This document shows positions 1-11,989 of a DNA stretch of 64,000 nucleotides, one piece after another. Numbering within the stretch: the stretch's first letter is position 1; each line of letters starts with the position of its first letter. The position numbers and the translations under genes were made by a program. Below the pieces are notes generated by a model. That model was not told the origin of the DNA. It did no database searches and saw only the letters and a program-made list of their open reading frames with translations. This DNA is from Heptranchias perlo (Eukaryota): the NCBI RefSeq assembly GCF_035084215.1, contig NC_090352.1, forward strand, positions 18,910,001 to 18,974,000, given 5' to 3'.

Positions 1-169
1 CAAAAGTGTTGCTTTACCTTGGAGCTGTCATCTCTCTCAGTTTACAAGAAAAGATATTAACGCATTTCTTTAGGTGGCAGAGGGTCTGATTGAAAATGCT
101 GGTTCATAACTCAGTGTCAAACTTCCAGACACGAACCAGATGCAATATCATCATGCATGTTACGCCACT

Positions 170-1000
170 CATAAGAGCATTAGAAATAGGAGCAGGAGTA
201 GGCCATATGGCCCCTTGAGCCTGCTCCACCATTCAATAAGATTGTGGCTGACCTCAACTCCACTTTCCCACCCAATCCCCATATCCCTTGATTCCCTTAG
301 AGTCCAAAAATCTATCAATCTCATTCTTGAATATATTCAACGACTGAGCATCCACAGCCCTCTGGGGAAGAGAATTCCAAAGATTCACAACCCTCTGAGT
401 GAAGAAATTCCACCTCAGCTCAGTTCTAAATGTCCGACCCGCTATCTTGACACTATCCACTCTAGTTCTAGACTCTCCAGCCAGGGTAAACATCCTCTCA
501 GCATCTACCCTGTCAAGCCCTCTAAGAATCTTATATGTTTCAATGAGATCATGTCTCATTCTTCTAAACTCCAGAGAGACTATAGGCCCATTCTACTCAA
601 TCTCTCCTCATAGGAAAACCCTCTCATCCCAAGAATTAATCTTCATTGCACCTTCTCTAAGGCAAGTATATCCTTCCTTAGGTAAGAAGACCAAAACTGT
701 GCACAACAATCCAGGTGTGGTCTTACCAAAGCCCTGTTAAATTGTAGCAAGACTTCCTTACTCTTGTACTCCAACCCCCTGGAAATAAAGGCCAATATAT
801 CATTTGCACTCCTAATTGCTTGCTGTACCTGCATGTTAACTTTCTGTGTTTCGTGGACAAGGACACCCAAATCTCTCTGGACACCACCATTTAATAGTTT
901 CTCACCAAAGTGAATAACCTCATATTTCCCTACATTATACTCCATCTGGCACCTTCTTGCCCACTCACTTAACCTGTCTATATTCCTTTGCAGACTCTTT
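170..1000 (-). mobile_element. CR1/HER1-type LINE, 3' part (RT C-terminus, 3'UTR and tail)
   Basis: ORFs 254..559 and 643..1020 give CR1 motifs (DLIETYKIL, FFTQRVVNLWNSLP, LVRPHLDCCAQFWS). The tail reads ataagagcattagaaataggagcaggagtaggcc on the + strand at 171. Confidence 0.93.
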
Positions 1001-1322
1001 GGGCACAATTTTAGCCCCAAGATCGGGTGTGTTGGGGGGGGGGGGGCGCGGGGGTGCAGACAAAATCGATATTTTTAGGAGCAGGCAGACATCCTGGCTC
1101 CAACCCGCCCATTTTTGCATTAGACCCAGGCAGATCTGTGTGCGTGTGCACAGCAGTGACCAGGAAGTCCCGCCCCCACTTTAATCCGATGGGCCAATAC
1201 TTAAAGGGACAATGTACCTCATTGAGATACTTAAGGTACTTTATATTTTGTGTATTGGACAATTAAAATGATTTTAACCTTACCTTTTCGGGTTTCCCAT
1301 CGCTTCAGATTTGGGCCAGGTG
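1001..1322. mobile_element. Fragment of a Harbinger-type non-autonomous DNA element embedded in the CR1
   Basis: Starts abruptly with gggcacaatttt. This resembles the gggctcgatttt terminus of the element ending at 45160. A very similar copy lies at 30198-30436. Confidence 0.6.
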
Positions 1323-2885
1323 AAAACTGTACACAGTATTTCAGGCGAGGTCTCACCAAAGTCCTGTACAATTGCAGCAGGACATCCTTACTCTTGTACT
1401 CCAACCCCCTTGCAATAAAGGACAACATACCATTTGCCTTCAGAATTGCTTGCTGTACCTGCGTGTTAACTTTCTGTGTTTTGTGTACAAGGATACCTCT
1501 GAACACCAACATTTAATAGTTTCTCACCATTTAAAAAATATTCTGTTTTTCTATACTTCCATCCAATGTGAATAACCTCACATTTCCCCACATTATACTC
1601 CATCTGCCACCTTCTTGCCCACTCACTTAACCTGTCTATATCCCTTTGCAGGCTCTTTGTGTCCTCCTCACAGCTTACTTTCCCACCCAGCTTTGTAAAG
1701 TCAGCAAAGTTGGATACATTACACTCAATCCCTTCATCTAAGTCATTAGTATAGATTGTAAATAGCTGAGGCCCAAGCACCGATCCTTGCGGCACCCCAC
1801 TAGTTACAGCCTGCCAACCTGAGAATGACCCATTTATTCCTACTCTCTATTTTCTGTCCTTTAACCAGTCCTCTATCCGTGCTAATATATTACCTCCAAC
1901 CCCATGAGCCCTTATCTTGTGTAACAATCTTTTGTGTGGCACCTTAACAAATGCCTTTTGAAAATCCAAATGTACTATACCCGCTGATTCCCTTTTATTT
2001 ACCTTGCTAGTTACATTCTCAAAAAACTTCAGTAGATTTGTCAAACACAATTTTCCTTTCATAAAACCATGTTGACTCTGCCTAATCATATTATGATTTC
2101 CTAAGTGCCCTGTTACCACGTCCTTAATAATGGATTCCAGCATTTTCCCGACGACTGATGTCAGGCTAACTGGCCTGTAGTTCCCTGTTTTCTCTCTCCC
2201 TCCTTTCTTGAATAGCGGGGTTACATTTGCTACCTTCCAATCCACTGGGACCGTTCTAGAATCTAGGGAATTTTGGAAGATCAAAACCAATGCATCCACT
2301 ATCTCTGCAGCCACCTCTTTTAGAACCCTGGGATGTAGGCCATCAGATCCAGGGGATTTATCGGCTTTTAGTCCCATTAATTCCTCCAGTACTTTTTCTT
2401 TACTAATATTACCTACTTTAAGTTCCTCACTCTCATTAGCCCCTTGGTTCCCCACTATTTCTGGTATGTTTTTTGTGTCTTCTACTATGAAGACAGATAC
2501 AAAATATTTGTTTAACGTCTCTGCCATTTCCTATTCCCCATTATCATTTCTCCTGTGTCAGCCTCTAAGGGACCCATGTTTATTTTTGCTATTCTCTTCC
2601 TTTTTGCACACTTGTAGAAGCTCTTACAATCTGTTTTTATATTGCTAGTTTACTCTCATATTCTATTTTCTCCCTCTTTATCAATTTTTTGGTCATCCTT
2701 TGCTGGTTTCTAAAACTCTCCCAATCCTCAGGCCTACTCCTCTTCTTGGCAACATTATAAGCCTCTTCTTTTAATCTAATACTATCCTTAACTTCTTTAG
2801 TCAGCCATTGAGTTTTTATCCCTCAATGGAATGTATATTCATTGAGAATTTTGAAGTAATTCTTCAAATGTTCGCCATTGCTTAT
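1323..2885 (-). mobile_element. CR1 LINE ORF2 fragment (reverse transcriptase), decayed
   Basis: ORFs 1847..2527 and 1466..1795 contain NYRPVSLTSVVGK, QHGF, DFQKAF, PQGSVLGP and FADFTKL (a decayed FADD). Confidence 0.95.
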
Positions 2886-2971
2886 CTACCATACTTTATC
2901 CATCGTTTGTTTAAATATAGAGAGCTCTTTTAGTTTTTGAAGGTCTGTTTGCATTCCCTTGATGTAAAGAA

Positions 2972-3255
2972 GAAAAGAAAGAACTTGCATTTATATGGTG
3001 CCTTTCACAACCTCAGGATGTCCCAAAGCACATTACAGCCAATGAATTACTTTTGAAATGTAGTCGCTGTTGTAATGTAGGAAACACAGCAGCCAATTTG
3101 CTCAGAGCAAGGTCCCACAAACTGCAATGAGATAATGACCAGATGATCTGTTTTTTTAGTGATGTTGGTTGAGGGATAAATGTTGACTGTGGAGAACTCC
3201 CCTGCTCTTCTTCGAAATAGTGCCATGGGATCATATACGTTCACCTGAGAGGGCT
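2972..3255 (-). mobile_element. SacSINE1/DeuSINE-like SINE, 3' half
   Basis: Reverse complement of the 3' half of the full SINE at 26327-26785 (aacttgcatttatatggtgcctttcacaacctcaggatgtcccaaagc). Confidence 0.85.
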
Positions 3256-4184
3256 TAACGTTTATGTTTAATGTAATATGCTCCTCATTATAAGCATAAT
3301 CTTAAAAAAGACCATCATGTTTGCTTCTACATGTGGGACTTTTGGCTGATTTGCCTCAGATCTTCATATCCCATCTCTACTTGGCTGCATTCAGAATGTG
3401 GCCCTGAGCATTCAGAGCTTCTATTTTGTTGGTGAAACCATTTCGCCTACTTTGCTGCGCTGATCTACTAATAGATGGGAGAAAAACATTTTTCCCTCCA
3501 ACATTTCTGTTTCTATCCTGGTTTGTCTTTAAGCAATTTCGTTGGGATTGACCTTGATCTTGCTGCCCAAAAGCACTGTGTATTTGGGGGAACTGCACAT
3601 GCAGAAATTTGCTAAGCATGTTTTATACTGGCACATACAAACGATCTTCCCCACACACACTTTCCTATGGCTTCTTTCTTCAGCAATTGTGTAGAACAGA
3701 AATAGGGCAGTAAGAAACAAGCAGTGGCTATGTCAATTCAGCATTGCAAGTTTGCATGTGAAACCAGTGTCTATCCAGAGCGCCAACATGTTTACAAATC
3801 CTAATAATACTTTTCTCATTAGCCAGCTATGAAGAGGCACACAATCAATCTGGAAAGGGATTGTTTCCTTTTGGCAATTTTCCTTCCTATTCGAGTCAAC
3901 CCAGCTGAGACTAAGAAACCCACTCTCTGGTTGAGTTATGAATATGGCTTGAACTTGGGTCTTGACCTCTTTTAGGGCAAAGAACAAACACCAAGGGCAG
4001 AGTGTAAGTTCATTTCAATTTACCCGTGTGTTGTTCATGTGCCTGATGAGCCTAGTCACAAATCAATGTTGCATCATTTTAAAAACGGAGTTTTGCCAGA
4101 GGGATTGGCATGCAAACAAATTAATGTGATTGTCTTTATTGTTGAAACAATCTCAAGTAGACCTTAAATTTATACTCCATTCAT

Positions 4185-4828
4185 TCATAAGGCCATCTGA
4201 CTTTCTGGTTGCCACCCACCTCCCTAACATCGTCAGTCTGCTCCTGCCTCAGCTTATCTGCTGCTGAAACCCTTATTCATTTCTTTGTTACCTGTAGATT
4301 TGACTATTCCAATGTTCTCCTGACCAGCCTCCCACCTTCCACCCTCCATAAACTTCAGCTCATCCAAAATTATGCTGCCCGTATCCTAACTCGCACCAAG
4401 TCCCGTTCATCCATCACCCCTGTGCTCGCCAACCTACATTGGCTCTCAGTCCAGCAATGCCTCGATTTTAAAATTCTCAACCTTGTTTTCAAACCACTCC
4501 CTATCTCTGTAACTTCCTCCAGCCCTACAAACCTCTGCGATCTTCCAATTCTGGCCTCTTGCGCACCCCCGATTTTAATCACTCCACCATTGGATTGCCT
4601 TCAGTTGCCTACGCCTTAAGTTCTGGGATTCCCTACTTAAACCTCTCCGCCTCTCTTTCCTCCTTTAAGACGCTCCTTATAACCTACCTGTTTGACTAAG
4701 CATATGCTCACCTATACTAATATCTCCTTATGTGACTGGGTGTCAAATTTTGTTGGATAATGCTCCAGTGAAGTGCCTTGGAACGTTTTACTACGTTAAA
4801 GGCGCTATGTAAATGCAAGTTGTTGTTC
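4185..4828 (+). mobile_element. L2-clade LINE 3' fragment
   Basis: ORF 4209..4619 has L2 C-terminal motifs (AAETLIH, RFDYSN, LQLIQNYAARIL, ITPVLANLHWL). The tail is aaaggcgctatgtaaatgcaagttgttgtt. Confidence 0.9.
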
Positions 4829-4993
4829 AAATGACAACCATGAAGTATATTTTTTGTGTGATATTCTAAAATAAGGGCTATCAGTGTTGGGGAACGGAAC
4901 CCCTTTGTTATTAGGTTATCAAGGACTTGCACGCAAGGTATGAAATTTACTCTATTCTATTTCAATAATATTATCTCTTAATCCAAATCTCAG

Positions 4994-7205
4994 CATAGAA
5001 TCATAGAATGGTTACACCACAGAAGGAGGCCATTTGGTCCATTGAGCCTATGCCGGCTCTCTGCAAGAGCAATCCAGCTAGTCCCACTCCCCCACTCTTT
5101 CCCCGTACCCCTGCAAATTTTTCTCCTTCAGGTACCTATCTAATTCCTTTTTGAAAGCCACAGTTGACCCTGTTTCCACCACCTTTCAGGCTGTGCATTC
5201 CAGATCATAACCACTCGCTGCGTAAAAAAGATTTTCCTCACGTCTCCTTTGGTTCTTTTGCCAATCACCTTAAACCTGTGTCCTCTGGTTTATGACCCTT
5301 CCACCTTTGTGAACAGTTTTTCTTTATTTACTTTGTCTAGACCCTTCAAGATTTTGAATACCTCTATCAAATCTCCTCTTAACCTTCTCTGCTCTAAGGA
5401 GAACAATCCCAGCTTTTTCAGTCTATCCACGTAACTGAGGTCCCTCATCCCTGGAAACATTCGAGTAAATCTTTTCTGCACCCTCTCTGAGGTCTTCACA
5501 TCCTTCCTAAAGTGCGGTGCCCAGAATTGGCAGATGACACAATACTCCAATTGTGGCCGAACCAGTGTTTTATAAAGGTTCAACATAACATCCTCGCTTT
5601 TGTACTCTATGCCTCTATTTATAAAGCCCAGGATTCCGTGTGCTTTCTTAAACGCCACTTTTCCTGTCATCTTCAAGGACCTGTGTACATATACCCCCAG
5701 GTCTCTCTGTTCCTGCACCCCCTTTAGACTTGTACCATTTAGTTTTTACTGCCTCTCCTACCAAAATATATCACCTCACACTTCTGAGTTTTAAATTTCA
5801 TCTACCATGTGTCTGCCCATTCCACCAGCCTGTCTATGTTCTCTTGAAGTCTATCACTATCCTCCTCACTAATTACTACTTCCAAGTTTTGTGTCATCTG
5901 CAAATTTGGAAATTGTGCCCTGTACACCCAAGTCAAAGTCATTAATATACATCAAGAAAAGCACTGGTCCAAGTACCGACCCCTGGAGAACTCCACTGCA
6001 TACCTTCCGCCAGTCTGAAAAACAATCATTCACCACTACCCTCTGTTTCCTATTACTTAGCCAATTTCGTATCCCTGTCACCACTGTCCCTTTATTCCGT
6101 GGGTTTCAATTTTATTGACAAGCCTATTATGTGGCACTTTATCAAACACCTTCTGGAAGTCCAGTATACAACATCAACCGCATTGCCCTCATCAAACCTC
6201 TCTGTGACCTCATCAAGAAACTCAATCAAATTAGTCAAACAGGATTTGCCTTTAACAAATCCGTGCTGGCTTTCTTTTATTAATCCACATTTGTCCAAGT
6301 GATTATTAATTTTGTCCTGGATTATTGTTTCTAAAAACTTCCCCACCACCGAGGTTAAACTGACTGGCCTGTAGTTGCTGGGTTTATCTTTACATCCTTT
6401 TTTGAACAAGGGTGTAACATTTGCAATTCTCCAGTCCTCTGGCACCACCCCTGTGTCTAAGGATGTTTGGAAGATCTTGGCCAGTACATCCGCAATCGCC
6501 ACCCTTACTTCCCTCAGCAACCTAGGAAGCATCCCATCGGACCTAGTGACTTATCTATTTTAAATACAGTCAGCCTTTCTAGTACCTCCTCTTTATCAAT
6601 TTTTATCCCATACGGTTTCTCAACTACCTCCTCTTTTACTGTGGCTTTGGCTGTATCTTCTTCCTTGGTAAAGACAGCTGCAAAGTATTCATTTAGTACC
6701 TCAGCCATGCCCTCGGCCTCCATGCGTATATCCTCTTTTTGGTCCCTAATCAGCCCCACCCCTCCTCTTACTACCCGTTTACTATTATATGCCTCTGGAA
6801 GACTTTTGGATTCCCTTTTATGTTAGCCGCCAGTCTATTCTCATACTCTTTCTTTTTGCCCCTCTTATTTCATTTTTTACTTCCCCTCTGAACTTTCTAT
6901 ACTCAGCCTGGTTCTCACTTATATTAACAACCTGACATCTGTCATACACCCCCTTTTTCTGCTTCATCTTACTCTCTGTCTCTTTTGTCACCTGGCTTTG
7001 GTTGTCCTACCTTTCCCCCTCCTGGGAATGTATCTAAACTGTACCCAGACCACCTCTTCTTTAAAGGCCACCCATTGTTCGATTACAGTTTTGCCTTCCA
7101 ATCTTTGAATCCAATTTACTCGGGCCAGATCCATTCTCAACCCACTGAAATTAGTTCTCCTCCAATTAAGTATTTTTACTCTAGATTGCTCTGTGTCCTT
7201 TTCAG
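4994..7205 (-). mobile_element. CR1 LINE (second family), ~2.2-kb 5'-truncated copy
   Basis: Tail catagaatcatagaat at 4994. RT motifs in ORFs 5290..5718, 5869..6084 (QGSVLGP, FADDTK) and 6092..6532 (NYRPVSLTS, QHGF). Confidence 0.95.
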
Positions 7206-9319
7206 TATTTTTACTCTAGATAGCTCTGTGTCCTGTTCTACCATTCCTACCACATAAGTGTGAATTTAACCATATTTTACATCAGTTTTGCTTGTGGTCT
7301 CTCTGACTCTGAGTGGAATAGCCTCGTTAGTACCAATTAGTGTCTTATAATGCGTACTTTTGTGCATTTAGTTTGCACTCACCAGGAATTTGATTAAGAC
7401 TACTCAAATTCATTTCGCTTAAGATGCTTAAAGCCAACAGAGATATTTATGCAATTTCAGTATGAGCTAGATTTGAACACTGGTGACAGAGGTGAAAGCA
7501 GAGTCCATCGTGCATTAGCCAATGCTGACATTCAGTTCCTTGGAGAGGTACATTTTAAAGCAATATTGGGAATGCTCTGACCTTGATCTGCATGAAAGCT
7601 TCCACTCGCTACTGAGACAACATTGTTTTACAGTTGTTAGTTCTGAACCACAGTTTTCTACATGAGCACTACCATTCGTGTTCTTTGAAGAGATGATGGA
7701 AGATATGTTTCTCTAGACTCGTGCAGCCAGTTGTCTTTTTTTCCTGACTTCCCTTCTCCCAAAATGAGGTAATAGGACAGTGCATTGTAGGTGATCGAGC
7801 CCCTTTAGATTAGCTCGGCTCTTTAAAAAAATCATTCTGTCTTAAATTTAAAAAAAGGTTCAAGTGCACAAAAAGCACAGCTGTGTCAATTGTACTCTTT
7901 TTACACTTGCAAATTTTCCCCAAGTAGAGGAACAGAATAAATCATTCTTGCACTAGTGCCAGGATTCATACATGCATTCTTTGACTTAAGTTTGTTTTGT
8001 ATTTTCCCTATGTTCCCTATTGAGGGTAAAACAGGTCAAAGCGTGCCCTACAATGGCAGTTGGGGTCTTCTGTACGTCATGGGATCCCAATTTGCATATT
8101 GAAAGGGCCTACCACCTGAAACAGGCAGGCGCTTCGACCATCCAGTGGTAGGCCCCTTTAAAAATGGTGGCAGCATTGGCGTTAAAACTACCGACCCCAT
8201 TTTGGCCAAGTTAAAATCATCCTCCGCATTTCAATGAAACTAGTGAATGGACAAAATAGATCTTTCATGTGTAATCCTGGATGTAAGGCATCTCATGCCC
8301 AAAGACAGCATCAGATGTAACATAGTCAAAGAAGCAGGCATAACCTCACTAATAGTAATATATGCTTAGCAGCTAACGAGGCCTTGTTGACACTGGATCA
8401 GATTGTTTCGTACTTTTTACACTTGAATGATCTTAAAAGAGAAACCTCCCATTTTCTTTTCATGTTGTAAAGCATGAAGCAGATTACTAAATAATACAGT
8501 ACACCAGTAGGTACATTGGAGTATAACAGGCATAATAGAGGTTTGTGCATCAATTGGGGTGTGAACATTTTTGTTCTGCAAGTTGTCATTTCCACTTGTG
8601 TAAGAAGTATGGCTGGTCACAATATAAAATCTATTACAGTACAGGGGACATGATGCAGAGATAGCAGGACTGGTAATGTCATACACAGTAGTCATTTGTC
8701 AGAACCTCTTTGAAGAGATTTCTTGTCAGATTAGTAAATCCTCCTGTCAGCTCTTCAGTATCTGACATCAATGAAAGGTTACGCTACTAAACTATTATAT
8801 CTTGTTTCAGATGAGTGCACAATAGAATATATGTATGTCAGGAGACTTTGAAAAATGTGCCAATAATAAGGCATTTAACTAGGTAATAGCTGCCTTACTG
8901 GGATTTGCCATTTTATTTTGCTTGCTTTTGTTCAACATTGAAATTAGAATGGTTCAAAAGTAATAAAGACTTGTACTACCCTGAAGAAATTGTGATATTG
9001 AATAAAAAGGTTTATACTTCATGCCAGGAGGAAAGTACACATTACCCATGACTGACAAACATACCCACGGACACTTCCACTGGCAAATTTATTCTGTCAG
9101 TACAGCCTCAGGAATTAGAAATATTATTTGCAGAGATCTGTAGGTGGCATCAAATCATATTAAATACAGACAGGATTTATTTTGGAATTTGTCATATCAA
9201 AATATTGACTATTGCAATAGAATTTGCTTTATTTTGCATTTGCTCAAGGGCAATTTTATTTCACTTATTAAAAAAACTGGTTATGTTCAATAAGCTAGTC
9301 TCCAACCCAATTGTTTCGA

Positions 9320-9377
9320 GGGGCCATATGGCCTACTCCTGCTTCTATTTCTTATGTTTCTTATTTCTTATGTTTCT
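9320..9377 (+). mobile_element. Very short CR1/HE1-type 3' tail
   Basis: gggccatatggcctactcctgcttctatttcttatgtttcttat matches the reverse complement of the tails at 171 and 29347. Confidence 0.7.
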
Positions 9378-9446
9378 CCTGCATCATTCATAGCGCTCGG
9401 GAGAATTCGGCCTACAATGTCAATTTTCATCTCAAGTGAAGCTAAT

Positions 9447-10061
9447 GGACTGGATTTTGCTATAAAACTAACGGTGAGGCTAACGGGGCTAATGAATGGA
9501 ACAGCGTAAAGTTCCTGCACTGATGTCGTAGATACGGACCAATCTCGCCAGAAGAAGTTAGGGCCTGTCCATTCTGATGTAAATACCCTTTTAACGGTCT
9601 GTCTTAATGACTGTCAAACAACCTCTGAAAATTAACTTTTACAAGTTTCTAGTCCCATTCCTTCAGCTTTTAATTATTGTTGGGCATTTCAAAAAAAAAG
9701 TAAGTATATAATTTTTTACTTTTTATTTCTGTCTCTTTTATCTCTGTCTTCAATGTTTCTTACTCTGTCTTTATTTTGTTTTCTCTAACTGATTTGACAT
9801 TGAATTCACTATTCCAACTTACACTTCCTGGTTCAGTCCCTGCGTGGCTTATTAACATGCTTCAATCTGATTGGTTAAGGGGATACACCGTTGCCTGCCC
9901 TGTTCACACGGGTCCCAGATGCCCGGGAAAGGGCACCTGCTTTTTGGATCTCTAATTTACAGAAAGTTGCCATGCAAAACCCCATAGAAAGTCTCTGGGC
10001 AAGTGCAAATCTAATGAACAGTGGGCGCCATTCATTCGACGCTCAGAGCAAAATCCGGCCC
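9447..10061. mobile_element. Harbinger/PIF-type MITE with 15-bp TIRs and a 3-bp TSD (AAT)
   Basis: Left end ggactggattttgct pairs with right end agcaaaatccggccc (13/15). aat is present on both flanks (9444-9446 and 10062-10064). Confidence 0.8.
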
Positions 10062-10074
10062 AATATTTTTTCCC

Positions 10075-10970
10075 ACCTTTTGGATAAGATGTTAAACCAA
10101 GGGCCCCATCTGCCATCTCAGGTGAACGTAAAAGATCCCAAGGCAGTTTTCAAAGAAGAGCTGGGGAATTCTCCTTGGTGTCCTGGTCAATATTTATCCC
10201 TCAACCAACATCACCAAAAAAAAAGATTATCTGGTTATTTATCTCATTGCTGTTTGTGGGATCTTGCTGTGAACACATTGGCTGCTGTGTTTCCTTACAT
10301 TACAACAGTGACTACACTTTAATAGTAGTCCCCACCTCTTACGGCGGACAGTGCGGTATTAACGGGATTTGCCCGCTGTACACATTGGGCAGTTTAAAGG
10401 GGTAACGTTATTACTATTGAAAAACACTGTAACAAATCACCTTTGAATAAACTTAACAAGACTGTCTGCAGTGTAACTAGCTTCATCTAAACCGCACCTG
10501 TGGAAAAAGTCAAATACTTATATTAAAAATGTCAAATGTTGAAAAAGTTATTAAAATAATTAATTCCACATGAAGTACACAAGGTAATTGGGCCTTAATG
10601 AGGTGCTATTTACTTATTGAACATGTTTGTTATTGCAGTCAGCGTTGAGTCGTGCAAGCTGTAACCAAACACCGGTTAGAGGTGATTAAATATACAAGGG
10701 AACTGCACATTAAAAAGGTGCGAACTGCTGAGTAAACACCTGTTTCTGGCCTAAACACATGGAGTGCTTAACACATTGTAAGCAACAACTTTAGAATTGA
10801 CAATAATGGAAATGGAAAATGGTTAGCAATTTTTTGGTCAATTCAAATGAGTGTCCAATATAAACATGGGCGGTTTAAGTGGTGGGGACTGTACTTGATT
10901 AACTGTACTTGAAGTACATTGGGACGTCCTGAGGTCATCAAAGGCACTATATAAATGCAGTTTCTTTCTT
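10075..10970 (+). mobile_element. SacSINE1-like SINE (5'-truncated), split by a DNA element
   Basis: 10075-10325 matches the SINE core. 10892-10970 continues with the SINE tail (gggacgtcctgaggtcatcaaaggcactatataaatgcag). Confidence 0.85.
10326..10891. mobile_element. pogo/Tigger-like (Tc1-mariner) MITE
   Basis: Imperfect ~25-bp TIRs: tagtccccacctcttacggcggaca versus the reverse complement of the right end, cagtccccaccacttaaaccgccca. It sits at a TA site and cleanly interrupts the SINE. Confidence 0.7.
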
Positions 10971-11658
10971 ACATCCTGCAGTGTTTGATTATTCAATGTT
11001 GTTTCACACTGAGAAAAAAGCCCTAGGTGAGAAATATTATTCAAAGTACCAGGCTTTTTAATAAGTTGAGAAATTAAGGTAAAGGAACAAAGGCCATAGA
11101 GCAGGACACCGCCAAGGTTGAGCATCATTAAAGAGATTAGGTAAATTAAAAAATAGGAATTAGGTCAGTTTGTCTAGTATGTCAGCTATTTAGGAATCCA
11201 GATGTGACTAATTGCATTTTTGATCAGTAAATGAATAATGAGTAATATACACTGTCGTTGAGCATGTGATCTCAACACTCATATTCGCAAGGCATGTACA
11301 TGTGTACTTTAATCCTTTTGTGCATTTGTTGGTAATTGGTAAAACAAAAATCATAGCATGCAAGTATTTTTTTATTGTTGTGTGTGCTTTACCTCATGGA
11401 TTACTGCTTATTGGTTATCTGCTAAAATGATGTGTAATACAGGTGAAAATTCTAGACTTCAGCACCAAGCAAAGACCACCAACAATGTATGAATGTATGA
11501 AGAAGGGAGCTGTCACCATGGTCGACTCAATCAACCGTTCCAGGCCAGTAAAAGGAAGCAAGCCCAACCAATAATGAGCAGCTCCAACAGGGCTTTGTCA
11601 TGGTAAAGGGGCAAGCAGCATCAATTGTGGATGGAAAGCAGGGTGGGTCTGGCCCATC

Positions 11659-11826
11659 TCGTTGTGCAAGTCAACATTCTCAGCAATCACTCTGATGAAG
11701 TCAAAGTACTGCTCGCAACTGCTGGGCAAAAACCTAGAAACTGCACTAAGATGTGCCATATCTGATAAATTCATGTCAGAATTCCAAACTTTGGTGAAAG
11801 AGAAAGACTACAAATTTTCACACTGA
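11659..11826 (+). pseudogene. C-terminal dimerisation region of a hAT (Buster/Charlie/SPIN-type) transposase, fossil
   Basis: Translates as SLCKSTFSAITLMKSKYCSQLLGKNLETALRCAISDKFMSEFQTLVKEKDYKFSH*. This matches the YLCE.TFS....KSKYR..L....LR...SH* end typical of Buster/Charlie hATs. Confidence 0.75.
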
Positions 11827-11989
11827 ATGTTGGTGGATGTTTGTTAAGTAAATATATGCATGATGTACATTTACCTGTATTGTGTGTAAGGTGTTTTCTA
11901 CTAAAATTAGTGCAAGTGGCTAAAATGGTGTCGCTGTAATCACGCCTGTGGCTAGTCAGCGATTTCTATTAGTCAACATTGGATTAGGT

